NCBI RefSeq assembly: GCF_964355755.1 | Contig: NC_092679.1 | Location: forward strand, 17,405,432-17,469,431 | DNA: 64,000 bases | Origin: Antedon mediterranea | Taxonomy: Eukaryota > Animalia > Echinodermata | Direction of reading: 5' to 3' | Part shown: positions 55,217-64,000 of the stretch, piece by piece | Numbering within the stretch: position 1 is the first letter of the stretch | Layout: each line of letters opens with the position of its first letter | The notes under the pieces: generated by a model | Told to the model about the DNA's origin: nothing | Databases searched by the model: none | The model's input: only the letters and a program-made list of their open reading frames with translations | Program-made: the position numbers and the translations under genes

Positions 55217-58200
55217 ATGTTACCATTACTATGTCAACATACTAAATGTATAGCAGTCAAGACCACTCTTCCCTGGTCAAAACTTTACAGTTCATACTGC
55301 AAGATAAGGAAGTGTATTCCTAGCCATCTTTGCTGTCGTAGGTTCCATGAATTTAGAGATTATTGTACCACCAGCAATGCCAGTAACGAGTTCCATAGTA
55401 GATTTCGGCATTGGAAAGACAGCGGAGCAGTAAGACCTGTATTTAACATGGAGCATGTGATGGAAAATGTGGAAGAAATTAATAACAATAACTTGCATCG
55501 GAAAGGTGATGCAGATGTATTCCAAGTGGTATATTGATGTTTTTACTTTCATTTCATTGTTTTCGTCAGAAAAGAACAAATACATAACAAAACGAAAAAC
55601 AAAAGAAAATTGTTCAAAATCCAAAAAACAGGTTAACCAAAAAACGAAATAACAGAACAAAAAACAAAAAAAAATACTTCAAAATCCCAAAAAAAAAACA
55701 GGTTAACCAAAAAGCAAAATAAAACACTCAAGTGGTTCACCAAAATGGGAATTGAAAAGAGTTTTACAATTATAATTAAAATACATTCAAATTCTTAATA
55801 AAAAAATTAAAATCAATATAATAGTTAAAATCTATATGTCTCCTGTTCGAAAGCCAAAATTAAATTATGGACTTGTTCATATTACTATATTTTGACATAC
55901 TATTAATAATTACTAATAATAAAACACGTCTTTAAAATGTAAAATTGCACAGTGTAATGGGGCAAGCACTTGTTAGTGAACTCCTGTTTCAGAAATCCTG
56001 GATTCCCTATTTGCATAAATCCTGGATTTCCCTTTTGCATACAACTTTTACTCTTATATGGTTGAATGTTGTAAAAGAATATTATGATAAATTAGTTAAA
56101 CCATTAATTATTATTATATTATAATTATTTTTAATTCCAGGTTGAGTTTTGGAAAAAGTTGAAGAAACTTGAAGATGCAATTATTACATTAAAACAGGAA
56201 ATAAATGATTTAGCTTTAAAAGTACAAACTGATGTTGAAAATAAAGATGCTTTAGAAAACAGAAAAACGTATTTAATCAGTCAAAAAAAACAAATTGAAT
56301 CAAAAATTGAAGAACACGAAGATGCGTACTATGAAGCTGCACTAAAACTACCAAATAGAACACATCCAGATGCGGTGAGATATTTTGATTAACTATAAAA
56401 AAAATGTATTTTTGCTTTAAATGCTAATATATTTTATACTGGAAAAAATACTGCCTCAGAGCGAGTACCTCTCCACCACCCCACCCCAGTAGTTTAAAAC
56501 TTTCCTATTACACATTCCGGTCCTGTTGATTCCCCATTGCTCTCAATAATAAACCTGTCTGTGACGGTTGTCAAATGTAATTTAAAACCTTCTGAGTACA
56601 GCTCCGGTCATTTTGATATTCTAAAACTGCAAAACCCTTCCCATGTGTGATTCTAATGTACAATACCTGCACACTACCTCCCAGCCCCTGCCCTGGGTAT
56701 GTACACTCTATAAATGTTTATTTATCGTTTAATCTTCAGCCAATTGGAGAGGAAAATCAGGCCAGAGTTATCCACATTCACGGGGAAAAACCTAAATTTG
56801 ATTTTCCAATCAAAGGACACATAGAACTAGGAGAGAATCTGGACATACTACGAATAAAGTAAGTTTTAATAAATCTATAATAATCTATATCATTTATATC
56901 AAGGTCTATGAAATACACTGTGTGTTATTGTGTTAATTTATAGAATTTTTAAAGAATCCAAGTGTGTCGAAAGTAAACAACTTTATTATGCTCGCAATTG
57001 TACAACATTGTGAACCACTTTAAAGTGCACACGGACAAACTGTACACAGGACCTACAGTTTATAGTCCTTATCCGTGAAGACTTGGTCCACCACCAGAAC
57101 TTAGATTGAGTCGGCCTTAAACCCATGCCGATATTGTAGGCTCTTTAGGTACGGTAAAAGGCGCCCCTTTCTTAACCGCTTGGCCAGTTGAGTTGGTTAG
57201 TGCTAAATGGCAGATTTAATGTTACTGTATATTCTAAGAGGATTTTTTTGTGACAATTATTTTCTATTTTTTTTCCAGAAACTTGGGTAATGTAACAGGC
57301 AACAGGTCATACTATTTGAAAGGTGCCGGTGCTCAACTGGAGGAAGCCCTCACTTGTTACACAATAGAAAGACTATTACAGAAAGGTTTTAGATTAATTT
57401 CGGTGCCAAATCTTATTCAGCCTGTAGTCTTTGTAAGTTTCATTTTTATTATACTGTGTACACATTCTTCACTAGTCATAGTACAGTAGAACCTCCATTT
57501 TATGTACGGTACGGGACCGAAAGGCGTACGTAAAACAAGGGATTCGTAAAATCAAGGTTGACCTTAAATTGACCCCAAATACGTAGAGATCGTAGCTAGC
57601 CGTATTTGCCTACTTCTTGTACTGTGTACAGTATGCGTCACTAGCTTAGCTAGGCCTAGGCTATTCAGGCTAGGCTAGCAGGCCTAGCAAGATGTGAGGC
57701 CTAACTAGAAAAGTACAGTATATACAGGCTGTGCGATGTTTAAATAAAGTGTAAAATATAATTGTTTTCTATCAATAAAAACAGTCGCTGCTTTAGGGGG
57801 AATGCACGTGCGTAGCTTGTCCCACACACAGCAGAATTCCTCACACAGCCATGATTGTGGCTTTGTGTGCTTTGTTGTTAAATTGCGCCTCAATGTAAGA
57901 AAATGATGACGTCATCGGTTATTTTAAGCGTACGTAAAATCGAGGGAACGTAAAATCAGGGTACGTAAAACACAGGTTCTACTGTATTTATTTTAACAGT
58001 GTTAATATAACACTCTTTTATTGCCAACAAACAAAATAATTAAAAAACACTGATTCATCACCATCCAGGCCTCGAATTTGGGGATTTTAGGGGCAAGGCC
58101 ATTTGGCCTCCGGTTTTCATTGATTTTAGGGGCACCAAGGCCAAATGGGAGGGCACCAAGGCCATTTATTTTAAATCAAAGGGGCACCAAGGCCAAAATT

Positions 58201-61200
58201 AAAAAATATTTTAATAACTAGGCCAAAATTTAAAAATAGCTTGTTTCCGGTTGAGGGTGGAATTTTTTTCCAAAAAAAAAATTCTACCCGCAAAATGTTT
58301 TGGGATTTCCCCCTATTCATCAGATCGCGGAGTAGTAGTAGGACTGTCTACAACAATACATCTTTTTGTATTTCATATAAATATTACGTGTATTTACGAT
58401 CTATATAAATAATAAATAGGTACGATGTTCAGCGTTTATAGTTTACCGTCCTGTGTTGAATGTTTCGTTTAGTTTCAAATAATGCGATAAAAAGGCATGT
58501 GAAGCCAACTAAGTAAGGCCCGGAAAAGGTATAAAAACCCTTCCAACAGCAAGCTACTTAGCCTTACTTAGCTAGCAGCCGACGGAGAAAACATGATACA
58601 AAAACAATTTGTTTGTAGGCCTTACCTACAACTATTCATACACAGAGTGTTAACCACGGTAAAAATCAAGCCAATTACATTATGTAGTAGAATATAAATT
58701 ATAGTTATTTTCCGAGTTTCGATTTCTGAAGCTTTTTTGTTAGTATAACCCATATTTATAGGAATTCAAAACACGACGGACACCGACCCCTTTCTCTCTC
58801 TGTTTAGCCTTCGGCACGTGTATTCTGGACTATACCATTTCCTTGAATTCGGTAAAAACGCGTTTGGTAATTTAGTGTACGACGTTGTTAAACAAGATTT
58901 TTCGATGATCTGTCTGCTGGATTATTGAGGTGGGTGCGATAAAATATAAATATGATATACTTCCAACGATCTTCGGGTTGAGGTGCAGGTTTAACTTTGG
59001 TGCTAAAGGTAAACACCCCTAATTTTACACGTATAATGGACTACACCATGCAGGAACGCACATGGTATTTTCTTCTCAGAGGGTGCGTGTACGTCAAAAG
59101 GAATTGTTTTTCCAACGATCCGCCGATCCTTCGCGCGTGGTACTCTCACACGACGTTTTCTGTGTGTGAAATTTCTTATCAGAGGGTGCGTGTGCGTCAA
59201 ATAGAATTGTTTTCCCAATGCATTGAATTGCGTGTGTTCGACCGGAACGGCGGCGGGAGGATAGGCTAGGCTAGCTAGGAGTGCGTGTACCGTAATATTT
59301 TTTTCATCGAAGGCGGCTAGCTCGATTATTGTGCGACTTTAATACTTTCAGTAACCTCCGATCGAGGAACGTTTTTAGCTTGATTATTAAAAGTTTACAC
59401 CCCTGTATTTTAATGTACTATCTATACCATGATTTACCACGCACGGCGGCCGGGATGATATTGTTTTGGTTACCCTATTGCAATGTTCGATGTTTTGTTT
59501 ACTGTTTGTGTATTAATAAATGCGTTTAGGGAAATCCCCTTGCAACGAAGACAGGCGATAGTTTTGCGTCTCGTCCGAGTCGTTGTAAACAAATCTTCTT
59601 GACACTATTTTCTATCTAATTCAGTGGTTTTTATTGTGGTAAAACTCGGGAAGGGCACTCGCGGCCAACGCAAAAAAAGGGCAGGCCAGTAGTGGCCGTG
59701 GGTGCTATTCATTTTCGAGGGCATTGAGGCCAACTGGAAGGGCACCGACGGCACTGGCCGCGGTGGCCGCGGTAAAATTCGAGGCCTGACCATCTAAATG
59801 TTTCACAAAAAGTTACAGTACTACATGCATAATTAAACAAATGTTCATTTTAATTACTCAAATTAAATTATGATGTACCGTATATTTCGGTGTATAAGTC
59901 GCACCTGTGTATAAGACGCACCCCCTAACTGAGAGTAAAATATCGGTATTTTTTATATCGTCGATGTATAAGACGCACTTTATATTTTATCAAAACAATG
60001 TTTTTTTAAATTGTAATCAATATTATTGTAATAATATATTTTGTTATATCTACAACGGCGTCCTTTATTTAGGTTTTTTCTTACCTAGGCTCGGCCGCGC
60101 CCAGTCTCAACAAGTTCTTTTTAACTTGTTATTCATGAGTTTCGCACCCGCAACATTGAGTGCATGACCGTGTGTGTAACACACACGTGTGTGGGCTAGC
60201 CTCGCTCGATCATTTCGAGAGGGCGGTTTTTTTTCATGGACAATCGTATTCGATTAGTATCTATGTATCCGAGAAGTATGTATGTTAGGTCCATGCATGG
60301 ATTAAAGAATAGAAGGATATGCATCGACGTGAGATCAAGGGTTCCTTGACTCTCGCCGACAGACTGCGGACCGCCCACAATGTTACAGTTTAATTAACCG
60401 CAGGGTAACAACGAAACGGTCGCGTGCCTAATATATTGTTTACTGCACATGTGCAACGACATTTAACCTAGTTGGCTACGCTTCTTTCGCGCGTTCTTTG
60501 GTTGCATGATGTTTATGGTCAACTATTGACTATGTTGGTTTCTGCCGCGATTGATCTACGCTAATGATTTTTTTATGATGATTAAAGTAGCATTTTATGA
60601 CCTGTAGTAGCCCTACATCTGAGACAATAACTATTAGTTGTCTCATTTGTTGTAAAATTACAAAATCAGCAAGAATGCTAGCCTAGCTAGGCCTTGTACT
60701 AACTAGGCTAAACTGGGCTAGTAAACCCTATGATTTGCCGACATTGATACTGCCTAGGTAGGCCTAGGCTAATCTTAAATACTCACCGTTGTCTTACTTC
60801 TTGTGTGAATAATAATAGGTAGGCCTACTTCGTTTGTTCGTGATCAAGTTTGCCCTGCGTGTACTTTTCAAAACGACCGCTAGGTAACGAATCGCAACTA
60901 TACATAGCCAGCCAATCCCGGATCAGGGATCGCTGTTTTCATTCAATTAGGCCCGGTGATTGGATGTGATGTGGATGACATAACCACTAGCCAATCACCA
61001 GGCACTACAGTTTAAATATAATCACATCGATAATTAAGGAGATTTATGAAGAAACCACTGCTTAGCCATATATTAAAAAACACGATTGTTGTATGTCTGA
61101 ACACCGGCCACGCTAACAACATACATGGTCAAATGCAAAATTTAATATTCTATAGATTAACGCAATTTTTAATGACAGAAGATGGCAGGCAAATAAAGAT

Positions 61201-63871
61201 AATTCAAATATAAAAATTGCATATTTTATTAATATTACCAACTACTTAAAATTACCAGTCGTAAGAAAGTGAACTTTTCGTAGTCCGATTGTGATGAAAC
61301 TAAAACAGAATTATTCAGCAATATATGTTTGTTATCAATTAATCATCGACGCAGACATGTCAATAGAACATTCAGACTGCGCATACGATTTCTACATGGT
61401 TACGTTTTGGTCTCAAAAAAATGTAACAGTTGATTCGCAGCGTTTTACAGAGGGCCGCGGTTAGAGACATGGAGTTCAATGAACGTGTTTGTTTGATTGG
61501 CAGCAGTGCTTTAGTATAGGCAAGCGCGTTGTAAAATCGTTTGATGTCACCGTCGATGCATATCCTTCTATTCTTTAATCCATGGTCCATGCTATAATCA
61601 CCTGGAGAATATACTAGTCGAATACCGTACACCATGTGGCCGCCAAGAAGGGCTTGCGCTAGTGGTACGGCGGTCGGTGATCGTGCGTATAACTATAAAT
61701 AAATACTATTCCAAATGAAATGTTATCGGAGCGCCTAAGTAATACAGCTCCATAATGAACAAATCTTTTCATCATATTTAGTATAACATCACGCTAAAAT
61801 GCCTTGAAAACTAGGCAGAAGCAGGTTGCTGTTACGTTAGTACACTGTAGCTAGGCCTAGCCTACTCAGGCCTAGCCAACGAGGTGACGATATGTACAAT
61901 CTGTGTGGTGAGGCATTTATGTTCGGTGTATAAGACGCAGCCTTAATTTAGAGGTCAAATTTGCGTGTCAAAAGTGCGACTTATACACCGAAATATACGG
62001 TACATTCTAATTTTTGGTTTTCTTGTGGTTTTTTTAATTGACATTTTGATGCATTTGATTGTATTGTATTTGTAAAGATGTTTATCTCTTGCCTTGTCCA
62101 TCTTGTTAATTGTTTAACAAAAATGAGTGCATTTAAAAAAACCAATTGTTAGTTTAAATCAGCCCTATACTGTGTATTGTTTCTGAATGTTATTTAAATT
62201 GTTTTCATATTTTGTCTAAAATTCAGGAAGGTTGTGGTATGAGAACAAAAGGTGAACACACTCAAGTATACTGGCTTGACCCTAGCCAGCACTCTCATAA
62301 TATATGCTTAGCTGGTACAGGAGAAGTAGGCCTAGCCGGCTATTTTATGAATAAATTGTTAGCTGAAGTTGATTTACCACAGAAGGTAATGACAGTTAGT
62401 CAATGCTATCGTGCAGAGACAACACATTCAGCTGATGCTAGAGGGCTCTACAGGGTACACCAATTCACAAAGGTAGTTGTAACCACAACCTTTAAAGCTC
62501 TGTCTACACTATCAAACTTCATACAAAATGATGTCATATTACTGTACTACCATATATGGAGTTTGATAGTGTAGATAGAGCTTATCATTTATGCTACAAT
62601 TTTTACTAATTAAATGGCATGTCACAATCTTGAACGACCCACACAATGCAATCTTTTTGCTTGTTAGCCCGAATAATAAACATTGATTAGTATATTTTTT
62701 TTAATGCAATAATTGGTCTCTCCCCCAAGGTGTAATGGTACGGTCGAACAGAATTTATTACAAGCATAATTATGGGAGCCAGTTACATGTTTTATCCATA
62801 ATAATTATTATATTAGCAATAAGAACATTCTATGTAAACATCCATGTAAAGGTTTTCCTATTTTAATAAGCCATAATTTTACAATTTGTGTGGTTTCTTA
62901 ATTTTGTTTGTCAGATTGAAATGTTTGGAGTAACATCACAAAATTCTGGTGACGAGAGTTCAGAATTGTTTGAGGAATATTCAAGTGTACAAAGACAGCT
63001 GTTCTCTGGTCTAGGTTTACATTTCCAGTAAGTATGTAGTTAATCCAGACCACCACAAACATTAATTTAATGTGCTTTCTCCCTCTGCTCTACACATTTG
63101 TGGTAGTTTGTAGGTCCAGGCAACCAATGACACATCAATGTGGTTGCCACAAATCAAATGCTTCCATCTCTATCCGCAGGCTACTTCAATCGCTTAATTT
63201 AAGACTGCTCTGAAAACTTGCCTTCTTTTTTCTCTTACTTTTCTGCTTTTTATTTCTTTTGTTAAGCACATTGAGGCTTTCCACAATGCGCTTATATAAG
63301 CCCTATTTATTATTGCTATTCATGGACACCACTTTTCTCGTCAAATTTGCCTAGGCTAGTCGTCATACGTTTTTGTGATATTATAGTTTGTTTTTTTTTG
63401 CAATTATTATGCCATAAATGCTAATAATGTATATTTTGCCTTTGTAGTGTGCTTGATATGCCTTCAGAAGAGCTTGGAGCGTCGGCTAACAGGAAGTACG
63501 ACATTGAGGCATGGATGCCTCACAAAGACAGCTATGGAGAGGTATTCAATCAATATTTTATTTCGCAATAAATTCTATATCTAGTTCTCAAAAACCATTT
63601 AAATATCAAGAAACAAAGCAAAAGATGGTGACAAACATTGCAAGACACCCCCCCCCCCCCTTAATTTGTGTTTATGCTACCAAACATCATAAAATGTATA
63701 CTAAGGCATGACATTGATTACCGGTAGAGGTAGTAGTTTTACTGTATTTGTTACTGTACAATAATTTTATTCACATAGATTTCTAGCACTTCAAACTGCA
63801 CTGATTTCCAGAGTAGGCGTCTCAACATTAAATATATTAATTCTGACTCAGAAAAGAAATATGTCCATACG
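55217..63871 (+). CDS. SARS2: Mitochondrial seryl-tRNA synthetase (partial; 3' end lies beyond the window)
   Basis: Basic N-terminal presequence; [40 protein letters not shown], class II motif 2 CYRAE...[42 protein letters not shown]. Exons ~55217-55528, 56141-56374, 56740-56858, 57279-57432, 62227-62472, 62915-63027, 63448-63541, 63779-63871. Confidence 0.95.
57484..57984. mobile_element. pogo/Tigger-like MITE with TA TSD
   Basis: TA|CAGTAGAACC ... GGTTCTACTG|TA, with repeated cgtaaaa subterminal motifs. Confidence 0.88.
58066..59788. mobile_element. Non-autonomous hAT-like DNA transposon with a 6-bp TSD
   Basis: ACCATC|CAGGCCTCGAATTT ... AAATTCGAGGCCTG|ACCATC, with subterminal gggcaccaaggcca repeats. 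Confidence 0.85.
59878..62000. mobile_element. Non-autonomous Tc2/pogo-like DNA transposon, 2.1 kb, TA TSD
   Basis: TA|CCGTATATTTCGGTGTATAAGTCGCAC ... GTGCGACTTATACACCGAAATATACGG|TA (perfect 27-bp TIR), with internal tgtataagacgca repeats. Confidence 0.92.
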
Positions 63872-64000
63872 GTAAGATGAATAAAACTCTGTCTACACTA
63901 TCAAAAAAAGTGTGATGTGCCCAAATATGGTAGTGATGTGGGCACATCAGATTTTGTTGCCACATAAAGTTTGATAGTGTAGACAGAGCTTAAGAAAAAT

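Noticed and set aside
58997-61635. Short ORFs inside the SARS2-intron transposons as transposases
   Set aside because: No DDE, HTH or BED motifs are recognisable and all are under 100 aa.

Overview
AT-rich, intron-rich animal genomic DNA. The SINE/MITE content and gene style suggest a marine invertebrate, possibly an echinoderm; this is an inference. From left to right: a decayed CR1/L2-type LINE; four tightly packed cilia-associated genes, IFT172 (+), DYNC2LI1 (-), CLHC1 (+) and LRRC9 (-); a ~4.4-kb unexplained, apparently spliced non-coding unit with arrays of splice acceptors and poly(A) signals, bracketed by inverted CTCF-like motifs; and the 5' part of mitochondrial seryl-tRNA synthetase SARS2 (+), which runs off the window. 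Introns hold ~20 copies of one PIF/Harbinger-type MITE, plus other MITEs, tRNA-derived SINEs, LINE tails and a hAT-like element with a 6-bp TSD. The most notable signals are AGGCCTAG/CCTAGG-rich tracts just downstream of nearly every inferred promoter, a Penelope-type hammerhead ribozyme core inside a 162-bp palindrome in a DYNC2LI1 intron, the non-coding unit, and a MITE carrying 13 C/EBP palindromes upstream of SARS2. Gene identities come from recalled similarity to human proteins, and exon boundaries were read by eye and may be off by a few bases.
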